Positions 16,885 to 26,223 of a stretch of 64,000 nt of DNA are shown here, in pieces. The stretch lies in contig CAYPWJ010000003.1 in the NCBI GenBank assembly GCA_964414415.1, forward strand, positions 38,784 through 102,783, written 5' to 3'. Under the pieces are notes generated by a model that ran no database searches, was not told the origin of the DNA, and saw only the letters and a list, made by a program, of their open reading frames with translations. The DNA is from an uncultured Thermoplasmatales archaeon (GTDB taxonomy: Archaea; Thermoplasmatota; E2; UBA202; DSCA01). Within the stretch, counting starts at the first letter, position 1, and each line of letters opens with the position of its first letter. Position numbers and translations under genes: made by a program.

Positions 16885-18645
16885 ATGACCATGGAATCGG
16901 GCGATGCGTATACCAGGCAGCCCATCGTGCTGGTGTCAGGGCACGTCGACCACGGCAAGACGACGTTGCTCGACCATATCCGGGGTACGACCGTCACGAT
17001 GCGGGAGGCCGGTGCTATCACCCAGCACATCGGCGCCACCGAGGTGCCCATCGATATCATCCAGGAGCTCTGCGGCTCGCTGTTGAAGGGAGACCGGTTC
17101 GACATCCCCGGGCTGCTGTTCATCGACACGCCCGGTCATCACGCGTTTACCACGCTGCGGGCACGCGGCGGCGCGCTCGCCGACCTGGCCGTCGTCGTCG
17201 TGGACATCAACGACGGCCTGATGCCCCAGTCGCTTGAAGCGATCGACATTCTGAAGAAATACAGGACGCCGTTCATCCTGGCGGTCAACAAGATCGACAC
17301 CATCCAGGGCTGGCGGCAGACGGACGGCTGCATCGACGACCGTCTGGACCAGCAGATCTCTCGCACCCGGGAGATATTCGAGGAAAACTTTTACGAGATC
17401 GTCGAGGGACTCTACGACCGGGGTTTTTCCTCTGACCGCTACGACCGCATCCGGAATTTCACCTCGAACGTGGCCCTTGTTCCAGTCTCCGCGAAGACCG
17501 GTGAAGGCGTCGCCGAACTGCTCATGGTGATGGTTGGGCTCGCGCAGCGGTATCTCGGAAACAGCCTGCAGACAGCGGCGCGGCCCGCCGAGGGAACCGT
17601 GCTTGAGGTAAAGGAGGAAAAAGGCCTTGGAACGACTGTCGACGTCATCATCCACAGCGGCGTGATCAGGGCTGACGACCGGATCGTCGTCGGCGGACGC
17701 AACGGCCCCATCGTCACCTCTGTCAGGGCGCTGCTGAAGCCACGCCCCCTCGACGAGATACGCGATCCCTCGGAGCGATTCAAACACGTGGAGGATGCAC
17801 GGGCGGCCACCGGCGTCAAGATAGCGGCACCGGATCTCGATGACGTGTTTGCCGGTGCTCCCCTGCGGGTGGCCGGCGCCGACGTCGAGGCGGATGTCGA
17901 CGCCATCGAGGACGAAATGAAGATAGACATCCCGACGGACGATGAAGGCATCATCGTCAAGGCGGATGCCATCGGCTCCCTGGAGGCGCTTGCCACGCTG
18001 CTGGAGGACACGAAGCTCCGCAAGGCTGAGGTCGGCAGCATCTCGAAGAAGGAAGTGATAGAGGCCTCCACCAACGAGGATCCGCTCCACCGCGTCGTGC
18101 TTGGCTTCAACGCCCCGGTGCTCCCCGAGGCCAAGGAGGCCGTCCGTGACTCCGACGTGACAATCATCCAGAGCCCCGTCATCCATACCATCCTGGAGGA
18201 GCTGGAGGACTGGCAGGAGAAACGAAAGCGGGAGCTCGAGGAGCAGAAACGAGAGGAAATCACCCATCCCGGCGAGGTGCTCTTCCTGCCGGACTGCACG
18301 TTCCGGGTGAGCAAGCCCGCGGTCATCGGCGTGCGGGTGCTCGCCGGGGAGATACGGCCGATGCAGCGATTGATGCGCCAGGACGGCACCACCGTCGGCA
18401 GGATAAAAAGCATCCAGCAGGAGCAGCAGACCATCGACAAGGCCACGCAGGGGATGGAGGTCGCCATCGCCCTCGAGGGCGCCACCGTCGGCCGGCAGAT
18501 CAAGCCCGAGCAGACGCTCTACGTCGACATTCCATCCCGGGAGGCGCAGCAGCTGGCGGACATGGACCTGTCGCCGGAGGAGCAGGACGTCCTCGACAAG
18601 GTCACCAGGATAAAACGAGAAGAGGACGCCTTCTGGGGCATCTAG
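16885..18645 (+). CDS. infB: Translation initiation factor aIF5B (IF-2)
   Basis: GTPase motifs GHVDHGKT, TQHIGATEV, DTPGH, NKID; IIVKADAIGSLEAL. Confidence 0.96.
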   Translation: MTMESGDAYTRQPIVLVSGHVDHGKTTLLDHIRGTTVTMREAGAITQHIGATEVPIDIIQELCGSLLKGDRFDIPGLLFIDTPGHHAFTTLRARGGALADLAVVVVDINDGLMPQSLEAIDILKKYRTPFILAVNKIDTIQGWRQTDGCIDDRLDQQISRTREIFEENFYEIVEGLYDRGFSSDRYDRIRNFTSNVALVPVSAKTGEGVAELLMVMVGLAQRYLGNSLQTAARPAEGTVLEVKEEKGLGTTVDVIIHSGVIRADDRIVVGGRNGPIVTSVRALLKPRPLDEIRDPSERFKHVEDARAATGVKIAAPDLDDVFAGAPLRVAGADVEADVDAIEDEMKIDIPTDDEGIIVKADAIGSLEALATLLEDTKLRKAEVGSISKKEVIEASTNEDPLHRVVLGFNAPVLPEAKEAVRDSDVTIIQSPVIHTILEELEDWQEKRKRELEEQKREEITHPGEVLFLPDCTFRVSKPAVIGVRVLAGEIRPMQRLMRQDGTTVGRIKSIQQEQQTIDKATQGMEVAIALEGATVGRQIKPEQTLYVDIPSREAQQLADMDLSPEEQDVLDKVTRIKREEDAFWGI

Positions 18646-18675
18646 CGGTCTCTCCATCGGTGAGAGCGGCGGCTG

Positions 18676-19275
18676 TCAGCCCAGGGACATCGCTTCCGCG
18701 ATTTTTTCTTTGCAGTGACGCTGCAGCTCATCCGGCGACCGGGTGGCGTCAAGGATAACGAAGCGGTCCTCCTCCCGGGCGAGACGACGGTAGTTTTCCT
18801 GCACCCGCCTGAGGAACGCACGATGCTCAAAGGGAGACAGCGCCCGGCCGTCGATGCGGCGGAGTGCCTCCCCCGGGTCGAGCACGAAGAGAAAGGTGAT
18901 ATCCGGCGTGACGCAGAACGGGCGGTGGAGGTCACGGAGCCACCTGACGGGATCGTCAATCTGCCCGAGATGGACGGCCTGGTAGGCGATGGTGGAGTCC
19001 ATGTACCGGTCGCAGAGCACCAGCTTGTCTGCATCGAGCTGCTCCCGGATGTGCCTGGTGTGCTCTATCCTGTCAGCCATGAAGAGAAACGCGGTCGTCG
19101 CAGCGGCTCGCTTCTCCGCCACGGCCCGGTCAACCATGTCGCCCAGCCAGGTGTCAGTCGGCTCCTTCGTCCAGGCGACGTCGTGCTGCCCGCTGAGCGT
19201 CCGGGCGAGGCGGCGCGACACCGTCGTTTTGCCGGAGCCGTCGATGCCTTCGAAGGTGAACAACCAGCCGGCCAT
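18676..19275 (-). CDS. tmk: Thymidylate kinase
   Basis: FEGIDGSGKTT P-loop, KEPT, DRYMDSTIAYQ. Confidence 0.93.
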   Translation of the reverse strand: MAGWLFTFEGIDGSGKTTVSRRLARTLSGQHDVAWTKEPTDTWLGDMVDRAVAEKRAAATTAFLFMADRIEHTRHIREQLDADKLVLCDRYMDSTIAYQAVHLGQIDDPVRWLRDLHRPFCVTPDITFLFVLDPGEALRRIDGRALSPFEHRAFLRRVQENYRRLAREEDRFVILDATRSPDELQRHCKEKIAEAMSLG

Positions 19276-19312
19276 ACAGGTGAATGGCAGCCGGGCTATT
19301 AAACGTATATGG

Positions 19313-20008
19313 TCACCGGCGCCGCGCTCGCTTGAGGACGCCCATCAGGGTATGGTACTCCCATTTGGAGAGCATCGCCCGCCCGATGATACGCCGGAAC
19401 ATCACCGATGTCTTGTCCCGCTTGTGCTCCGGGTAGCCGGTGGCCTCGAGCAGCTGGTCGAAACGCCGGTACAGCAGCTCCTTTTCACGGCGGTCGGTCC
19501 GACGGGTCACCGGCGCTGCGGCGTCGTCGGCCGTCAGGGCGTAGAGGGTGACCGCCACGGCGTGCGAGAGATTCATCGACTGGTAGGCATCCGACGTGGG
19601 AATATGGATCAACGCGTCACAGCGCCGTATCTCGTCGTTGAGCAGCCCGTAGTCCTCCCTGCCGAAGGCGAGGCCGACGCGTCCCTCGAGAGCCGCAACG
19701 CGGTCGGCGAACGTGGGGAGCGAGAGCGCGCTGCGGAGATGCTTTTTTTCACTGGTCGTCTCGATAGCCGAGGTACCCGCGAGGTAGGCGACCTCCCGCG
19801 CCGCGTCGGCAAACGTCTCGACGACCGCGCCGTCGTCGAGCACCGGCTGCGCGTGGACCGCCATCGTCCTGCATCGCTCATCGTCAAGCGAAAACGGCGG
19901 GGAGACCACCAGCAGCTCGTGGACGCCGAAGTTCAACATCGCCCGGGCTGCAGCGCCGACGTTGCCGGGGTATTTTGGCTCGACGAGGATGACCGCAAAG
20001 GAAGCCAT
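19313..20008 (-). CDS. trmJ: SPOUT tRNA (C32/U32-2'-O)-methyltransferase, TrmJ/LasT family
   Basis: VILVEPKYPGNVGAAARAMLNFG, FGREDYGL, SMNLSHAVAV. Confidence 0.88.
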   Translation of the reverse strand: MASFAVILVEPKYPGNVGAAARAMLNFGVHELLVVSPPFSLDDERCRTMAVHAQPVLDDGAVVETFADAAREVAYLAGTSAIETTSEKKHLRSALSLPTFADRVAALEGRVGLAFGREDYGLLNDEIRRCDALIHIPTSDAYQSMNLSHAVAVTLYALTADDAAAPVTRRTDRREKELLYRRFDQLLEATGYPEHKRDKTSVMFRRIIGRAMLSKWEYHTLMGVLKRARRR

Positions 20009-20011
20009 CGG

Positions 20012-22468
20012 CTAGAAGCTGAAGATCGACACGACGACGGTGCCGCTGGTCGCGGTCCGCCCGGCGTGGTCCGCCGCGGTGACGTGCAGCGCCCTGGTGC
20101 CGATGTCGCTGGACCACGTCCACTGGTAGGGCGGCTGCAGGTCGATGTTTTCAGGCTCGTCGTTGACCCAGAAGGTCACCTCGTCGACGCCCGACGCGTC
20201 GTCCGCCGCCGTGGCGATGACGGTGAGCTGGCCGAACGAGACGGTTCTGCCGCTGGCCAGGGGGATAACCGGACGGTCGAACAGGTAGAGATAGCCGATA
20301 GCCGGGCGCATCAGCGACACCGATGGTGCCTCGGTGTCCACCTTCACGGTGGTGGAGGTGGTGTCCTCGACGGTGCCCTGGCTGTCGACGGAGTAAAACT
20401 CGAGGACGTTGACGCCCTCGCTGCTGACGTTGAACGGGCCGGTGTAGGTCTGCCACGCCGTGCTGCCCACCCGGTACATGGTGTAGTTGATACCGTCGGG
20501 GTCGCTGGCCGTCAGTGTTACCTGGACGCTATCGAGATACCAGCCGTTGTCGCCGTCCGGCTGCGCGGGATTGAACGTTGCCACGGTGGTGGGGACGGTG
20601 ATGTTTATCTTGAAGGTGACGCTGTCCACGGGCTCCACGTTGCCGGCGTTGTCCACGGAGTAAAAGTCGACCTGGTAGTAGCCGTTGCTCGACACCATGA
20701 ACGGAGCGGTGTAGGTCGTCCATGTCCCGTTGTTGACGCGGTACATGGTGTCGTTGACGCCGGAGTCGTCGTCCGTCGCGCTGAGGGTCACCTCGACGGG
20801 GGAGGCATACCAGCCGTCGGGGCCGTCCGGCGACGACGGATTCAACGTCGCTGTCGTGTCAGGCGGCGTGACGTCGCCGGCCGAGGTCACGGTGAACTGG
20901 TAGGTGCTGCTGATGACGCCGTTTCCGAGCACGTCGACGGCGTAGATGGTGTAGTTGTAGGTGCCGAGCACCGAGTAGCTCTCGTTGCGGTAGTAGGTGG
21001 TGCAGTGGATGTAGTCCATGGTGAAGTTGGCCGTGGAGCCATCCGGGTATTCCACCTCCACGTAGAGACTGTCGACGCCGGCGCCGTCGTCGGTGGACTG
21101 GCAGGAGATGTTGACGTGGCCGCCCTGTGACTGCTCGCCCGGCGTCGCCTGGACGCTCGAGATGCCGGGCGGCGTGTCGTCGACCCGATGGGTATGGTTG
21201 CGGACTGGTTCCCGGTTGCCTGCACGGTCGTCGCTGTAGAACTCCAGGTAGTGCAGGCCGTCCCCGGTCACGGTGAAGTTAGCCGTATATAGATTGAAGT
21301 TGTCGTTGCGACCGACGCCGCTACCCGGCGACGGCGTCCAGCCGCCATGCCAGACGCGGTAATAGGTGGCGTTGACGCCGGTCAACGCGTCGCTGGCGGT
21401 GAAATTGAAGACGGTGGACGAGGTGACGTAGCTGCCGTAGCGCGGGCCGGCCAGGTGCTTGCTCGTCGCCGGAGCGGTGGTGTCGACGCCGAGGTCGTCG
21501 TCTGCAGCGCCCGGGGCGGCCTCCTGGTTGGTGGCGTTGTCCGTCGCCCGGGTGTACAGCTCGTAGTAGCCGTCACCCGCCGGGGCGGTAAAGCTGAACT
21601 GCCATGGCTGGCTGCTGTCCGTGGCGAACGAGGTCCATGACCCCCATGATGCATTGTCGGAGCTGTATCGATAGTACAGCGTGACGTCTCCGACGCCGGA
21701 GAGCCCATCCGTGGCGGTGACGTTGACAGATACAGGCGTTGCACCGTGCCAGTAGGATATCGGGTCGACGCTGGAGGATGGCGGGGTGACGTCGTAGCCC
21801 GCCTGTTCCTCTATCGGGGGTGGTGTCTCAAGGTTGCCGGCGGTGTCCCGCGCTCTGGCCTTGAACTCGTAATATCCCGTTCCGTTGGTGAAGGTAAACT
21901 GCCATTGCCATGGCGACGCGGTGTCGGTGGCGAACGAGGTCCATGACTCCCAGGATGCATTGTCGGAGCTGTACCGGTAGAGCAGCGTCACTCTGTCGAC
22001 CTGGTAGTTGTCGCTGGCGGTCGCGGTGACGGTGGCGTTGTCGTTGTACCAGTACCGCGGCAGCGTATCCACGGAGCTGCCAGGCGGCGTGGTGTCCTCC
22101 ACGGTAAAGTTCTGTGACGGGTCACTGGAGGTATTCCACCCGCTGGCGTTGCGGGCTTTGACGACGTAGGTGTAGGTGCCAAGCGGGTCCGGGTAGCTGT
22201 AGCTTTGATTGAAATACCAGGTGGAGGCCCCGGCGCTGTCCATGGAGTAGTTGCCCATCTGGGTGGCGTTGGGATATGATATCTCCACCCATGCCTCCGC
22301 GGCGTCGGTGATGTCGGCGGTGATGTTGACGGCGCCCGGCACCTCGACCGGGTCAGGTGTCTCGGTGACGGAATTTATGTCAGGCTGCGCGAACGCCATG
22401 CAGGCAGCCAGTGTGACAAGCAGTGCTATACCAGGCAGTATCCATTTCTTTCCCGTGTGCTTTCCCAT
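20012..22468 (-). CDS. Secreted Ig-like repeat surface protein (818 aa)
   Basis: Signal peptide (WILPGIALLVTLAACMAFA), repeated D.T.P...ATD..SGV...Y...D..GN units, and the shared C-terminal module. Confidence 0.8.
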   Translation of the reverse strand: MGKHTGKKWILPGIALLVTLAACMAFAQPDINSVTETPDPVEVPGAVNITADITDAAEAWVEISYPNATQMGNYSMDSAGASTWYFNQSYSYPDPLGTYTYVVKARNASGWNTSSDPSQNFTVEDTTPPGSSVDTLPRYWYNDNATVTATASDNYQVDRVTLLYRYSSDNASWESWTSFATDTASPWQWQFTFTNGTGYYEFKARARDTAGNLETPPPIEEQAGYDVTPPSSSVDPISYWHGATPVSVNVTATDGLSGVGDVTLYYRYSSDNASWGSWTSFATDSSQPWQFSFTAPAGDGYYELYTRATDNATNQEAAPGAADDDLGVDTTAPATSKHLAGPRYGSYVTSSTVFNFTASDALTGVNATYYRVWHGGWTPSPGSGVGRNDNFNLYTANFTVTGDGLHYLEFYSDDRAGNREPVRNHTHRVDDTPPGISSVQATPGEQSQGGHVNISCQSTDDGAGVDSLYVEVEYPDGSTANFTMDYIHCTTYYRNESYSVLGTYNYTIYAVDVLGNGVISSTYQFTVTSAGDVTPPDTTATLNPSSPDGPDGWYASPVEVTLSATDDDSGVNDTMYRVNNGTWTTYTAPFMVSSNGYYQVDFYSVDNAGNVEPVDSVTFKINITVPTTVATFNPAQPDGDNGWYLDSVQVTLTASDPDGINYTMYRVGSTAWQTYTGPFNVSSEGVNVLEFYSVDSQGTVEDTTSTTVKVDTEAPSVSLMRPAIGYLYLFDRPVIPLASGRTVSFGQLTVIATAADDASGVDEVTFWVNDEPENIDLQPPYQWTWSSDIGTRALHVTAADHAGRTATSGTVVVSIFSF
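21621..21973. repeat. Intragenic direct repeat: 47 bp at 21621-21667 and 21927-21973
   Basis: gtggcgaacgaggtccatgac-ccccat/tcccag-gatgcattgtcggagctgta; 45 of 47 identical, offset 306 bp (102 codons). Confidence 0.85.
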
Positions 22469-22526
22469 GTACTGATAATAAAATTATGGTTATAAAACAT
22501 TCGGTAGCGGAGCATCGAGCCAGGGG

Positions 22527-23771
22527 CTACAGGTTGAATATCTTTATGATTATCTCGTCGCTTCGATGCTGCCCCGCGTTGTCGTAGGCGGTTGCCCTGA
22601 CGACGTGTGTGCCCATTGAGAGGTAGTCCCAGGTCCACTGGTAGGGCCCCTGGTCGTCTTCTATCTGTAGCTCGTTGTCCACGTAGAACGCCACCCGGTG
22701 TATCCCTGACTCGTGGTTGCTTGCCTGCGCCGCTATGGTGATGGGGCCGATGACGACGGTGTTGCCGGTGAACGTCGGCACGATTTCCCTGCCCTGGATG
22801 TAGAGATACCCGGCGCGTGGCGTGGTGATGGTGACGGTGGGCCGGATTTTGTCTATCTTGAAGGAAACGTTGTTGGATGGCTCTCTGTTTCCCGCGACGT
22901 CGGCGGAATAGAACTCCAGGGTATGCCTGGTGTCATCTGACACCGTGAACGCACCTTCATATTCCTGCCAGTCGCCGCCGTCGAGCCGGTAGAAGGTGGC
23001 GTTGACACCCGACGTGGGATCGGTGGCGTCCAGCATGACGGAGACGTTGCTGATGTACCATCCCTGGCTGCCCTGCACCCCCGAGAGATCGCAGACAGTG
23101 GAGGGGCACGCCGTGTCTATCTGGATGGTGCTGTGACGCGGTGTCTCCTCGTTCCCGGCTTCGTCCACGGCGTAGTAGTACAGGCTGTGGACGCCGTCGC
23201 CTGTCACGCTGAAGGGCGCGTGATAGTGAAGCCACGGCGCTCCGTCGAGCATGTAGGTGATGTAGTCTACCCCCATGCCGGTGTCGCAGGCGTACATGCT
23301 GACGGTCACGTTGCTGACGTACCAGCTGCTATTTCCCCTGGTGCCTGCAAGAGAGGCGTAGGTGTCCGGCGGGACGTCGTCTTCTTTTACCTGGAAGCTG
23401 TGGTTTGCCGACCTGTTTGCGTTGCTGCTGTTGTCGGCAGCCCAGATGTGGTAGGTGTAGACGCCCGGCTCGGTGTAACGCTGCGTGTATTCATACCGGC
23501 TGGTGTATCCAACCCTGGCCATGCTCATGTTTATCTGTGATTGACCGTCGGGGAACGTTATCACCGCCTTGACCGTGGCCACGGTGCCGTCGTCGGTCAC
23601 GTCGCACCGGATGGTGACGTCTTCCTCCTGCCACGCGGTAGCCGGGTGCGCCGTTACGTTCTCGATGACCGGCGGTGCATCCAGCGTCTCCCCGAGAGAG
23701 ACGACCGGGGTCAGCATGCAGACGGCAACTGCCACCGATAGGCCTCCCTTCACGATGCCTCCGATGTCCAT
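22527..23771 (-). CDS. Secreted Ig-like repeat surface protein (414 aa)
   Basis: Signal peptide (LSVAVAVCMLTPVVSLG), two G..GWY.SNV.V...A.D..GV..I.Y.LDG units, and the shared C-terminal module. Confidence 0.8.
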   Translation of the reverse strand: MDIGGIVKGGLSVAVAVCMLTPVVSLGETLDAPPVIENVTAHPATAWQEEDVTIRCDVTDDGTVATVKAVITFPDGQSQINMSMARVGYTSRYEYTQRYTEPGVYTYHIWAADNSSNANRSANHSFQVKEDDVPPDTYASLAGTRGNSSWYVSNVTVSMYACDTGMGVDYITYMLDGAPWLHYHAPFSVTGDGVHSLYYYAVDEAGNEETPRHSTIQIDTACPSTVCDLSGVQGSQGWYISNVSVMLDATDPTSGVNATFYRLDGGDWQEYEGAFTVSDDTRHTLEFYSADVAGNREPSNNVSFKIDKIRPTVTITTPRAGYLYIQGREIVPTFTGNTVVIGPITIAAQASNHESGIHRVAFYVDNELQIEDDQGPYQWTWDYLSMGTHVVRATAYDNAGQHRSDEIIIKIFNL

Positions 23772-23805
23772 GCTAGAATAACCACAGTCGTGTTATATAA
23801 TTATC

Positions 23806-23849
23806 GGAAAAAGAGAAAAACAGAGGGGAAAGGGGAAGGGAGAGAGAGG
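23806..23849 (-). terminator. Polypyrimidine (C/T-rich) tract after the 23850 gene; putative terminator
   Basis: Purine-only run on + (aaaaagagaaaaacagaggggaaaggggaaggggagagagagg, with one C) directly after the stop codon on -. Confidence 0.45.
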
Positions 23850-25244
23850 TTAGCTGTTCTCGGTGAACAGCTGTAGGTTGTAGATGGTCGCGGTGGCTGT
23901 CTCTGTTGCCTTGTTGCCGGCGACGTCGTACGCCTCGACGGTGATGGTGTGCATGCCCATCAGTGTCTCGTCGAGCGTGTATGATACGTCCTGGCTGGCG
24001 GTGGCGCGGAGCTCGCCGTCGAGGTAAACCTCGGTTGTGGCGACGCCGGATGTGGCGGTGTCTTCGACGTCTGCCTCGATGGTCAGCGAGCCGACGACGA
24101 TGGTTCGGCCGGTGGCTGTGGGCATGATGGCCCGGTTGAACAGGTAGAGGTGCCCTGTCGGCCGCTCGATGGTTATCTCGGGGCCGTAGAGGTCGATCTG
24201 TATCTCCTTGGTGTTGACTGCCTCCTCTCGTCCGGCGTTGTCGACGGCGTAGTATTCAAGCGTGTGCCGGCCGTCGCTGTCAACCGTAAAGCCGCCGTCA
24301 TAGGTCTGCCATGCGTTGTTGTCGACGCGGTACATGACGTGGCTGACGCCGCTCGCTTCGTCGCTCGCTGTCAGCTCGACCGTCACGCCGCTCGTGTACC
24401 AGCCGTTGTCACCGGTCGGCTCGCCGGGCGTGACGGTGCAGCTGCTCGACGGCTGCCCGGCGCCGACGTCTATCACGGTGCTGCCCATGCCGCCGATGTT
24501 GCCCATGACGTCCTTCGCGTAATAGGAGACGGTGTGCCTGCCGGGCTCCTCGACGGTGAACGGCTCGCTGTAGCTCGTCCAGTCGCCGTCGTCGACGCGG
24601 TAGTGGATGCTGTCGACGCCAAGCTCATTGTCGCTCGCCGACAGCACCATGGCTGTGTCGGCGGTGACCTGCCAGGTCTGCCCGGACGTTACCTCGGCGA
24701 TACCGTCGAAAGACAGACTGGTCGACGGCCCGCTGGTGTCAAGGACGTAGGTCTCCCTGTGGCGTTCTTCGATGTGACCCCAGCTGTCCTCCGCCCAGTA
24801 CTCGACGGTGTGTTCGCCGGGTTGGTAGCCGTGCAGGCTGTTGATTTGGAACTGCGCCTCGCGGTTCCACGGGCCGGTCTGCACGGGGCCGCCGTCGATG
24901 CTGTATTTGATGTGCCACCAGCCGTCGTCGCTGGCGGTTATGTGGAACGTCGACGCTGACACGATGTAGCCGTCAGGGTCGAGCGTGACCCGCAGGCTGG
25001 AGGACGGCACGTCGGTGTCCTTCCACGCCGTCATCTTGGGGGACAGCATGTCTTCGTTCCAGGCGAGACCATAGACGTAGCCCTCGTAGCCGTCGGTGTC
25101 CGCGGTGTTGACGCCGGTGTCGTTGTAGAGCAGCCAGTCGCTGCCGGCGTGCTCCTCGCCCCGTGCCACGGAGCCGTAGAGATATGCAAATAATATCTCC
25201 TCGTGGTGCTTCAGCGCTGCTGCCAGGTCACCGGTGACGTCCAC
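23850..25244 (-). CDS. Chimeric ORF: 36-aa MNT nucleotidyltransferase N-terminus fused to an Ig-repeat surface-protein tail
   Basis: GTG 25244 with a TTTTTATT box about 22 nt upstream. EEILFAYLYGSVARGEEHAGSD is followed abruptly by WLLYNDTG and Ig repeats. No signal peptide. Confidence 0.65.
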   Translation of the reverse strand: MDVTGDLAAALKHHEEILFAYLYGSVARGEEHAGSDWLLYNDTGVNTADTDGYEGYVYGLAWNEDMLSPKMTAWKDTDVPSSSLRVTLDPDGYIVSASTFHITASDDGWWHIKYSIDGGPVQTGPWNREAQFQINSLHGYQPGEHTVEYWAEDSWGHIEERHRETYVLDTSGPSTSLSFDGIAEVTSGQTWQVTADTAMVLSASDNELGVDSIHYRVDDGDWTSYSEPFTVEEPGRHTVSYYAKDVMGNIGGMGSTVIDVGAGQPSSSCTVTPGEPTGDNGWYTSGVTVELTASDEASGVSHVMYRVDNNAWQTYDGGFTVDSDGRHTLEYYAVDNAGREEAVNTKEIQIDLYGPEITIERPTGHLYLFNRAIMPTATGRTIVVGSLTIEADVEDTATSGVATTEVYLDGELRATASQDVSYTLDETLMGMHTITVEAYDVAGNKATETATATIYNLQLFTENS

Positions 25245-25335
25245 AGTAGGTAAAGCCAGGGAGCAATAAAAAAGATGATGATGCCGTCGCTCCCGGTCCC
25301 GCAAACGTTTTTAACCGCTCCGGCCATACCCGCCC

Positions 25336-26223
25336 ATGACCAACGTTATCTCCATGCTCGACGTGCAGGACGCGCTGCATGACATCATCGACGACGGCAT
25401 CGACATGAAGCGCCACGGCCACGGCAGAGACCTCGAGGATTGCATCCTGGCGATGATCTTCGAGAAGTCGAGCACGCGCACCCGTGTCTCCTTCGAGGCG
25501 GGTATCCGGCGGCTCGGCGGCTACGCCGTCTTTCTCGGCAAGGACGACATCCAGCTGGGGCGCGGCGAGACCATCGAGGATACTGCATTGGTGCTGTCGC
25601 GCTACGCGGATCTCCTGATGTACCGGGCGTTCGACCATGCGGACATGGTGGAGCTGGCGAGGCACGCGACGGTGCCCGTCATCTCGGGGCTGGACGACGA
25701 GGAGCATCCCTGCCAGGTCGTCACCGACCTCATGACGGTCAAGGAGCACCTGGGCCGGCTGGACGGCCTCCACATGGTGTATTTTGGCGACGGCGGCAAC
25801 AACATGGCGAACTCGCTGATGCTCGGCGCCGCCATGACGGGTATGAAGATGACCGTCGTGGCGCCGCGGGAGCTCTGGCCGTCTGACCGGTATCTCGGGA
25901 TGGCGCGGGAGCTCGGCGACGTCGAGGTCACCGAGCTGCACGACGACGCCGCGGCCGGTGCAGATGTCGTGGTGACGGACACCTGGGTGTCGATGGGCGA
26001 CGAGGCGGAAAAACAGGAGCGCCTCGAGCTGCTTGAGGGCTACACCGTCGACGCTGACGTGATGGCGCGGGCTGACAGCGAGGCGATCTTCATGCACTGT
26101 CTCCCGGCCTACTACGGCAACGAGGTATCCAAGGAGGTCGCTCATGGCCCGCAGTCGGTTATCTTCGACGAGGCGGAGAACAGGATGTGGGCCCAGATGG
26201 CGATTATGAAGTGGCTGCTCTAG
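25336..26223 (+). CDS. argF: Ornithine carbamoyltransferase
   Basis: FEKSSTRTRVSFE, HPCQ, TDTWVSMG, FMHCLP, FDEAENR. Confidence 0.93.
   Translation: MTNVISMLDVQDALHDIIDDGIDMKRHGHGRDLEDCILAMIFEKSSTRTRVSFEAGIRRLGGYAVFLGKDDIQLGRGETIEDTALVLSRYADLLMYRAFDHADMVELARHATVPVISGLDDEEHPCQVVTDLMTVKEHLGRLDGLHMVYFGDGGNNMANSLMLGAAMTGMKMTVVAPRELWPSDRYLGMARELGDVEVTELHDDAAAGADVVVTDTWVSMGDEAEKQERLELLEGYTVDADVMARADSEAIFMHCLPAYYGNEVSKEVAHGPQSVIFDEAENRMWAQMAIMKWLL

Noticed and set aside
18989-21130. 713-aa + strand ORF, and similar long ORFs at 16936-18657, 29199-31340, 50450-51886 and 54135-55970
   Set aside because: They are antisense shadows of motif-bearing genes in GC-rich DNA and carry no motifs of their own. 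Only the last 71 codons of 54135-56186 are real (rps17e).
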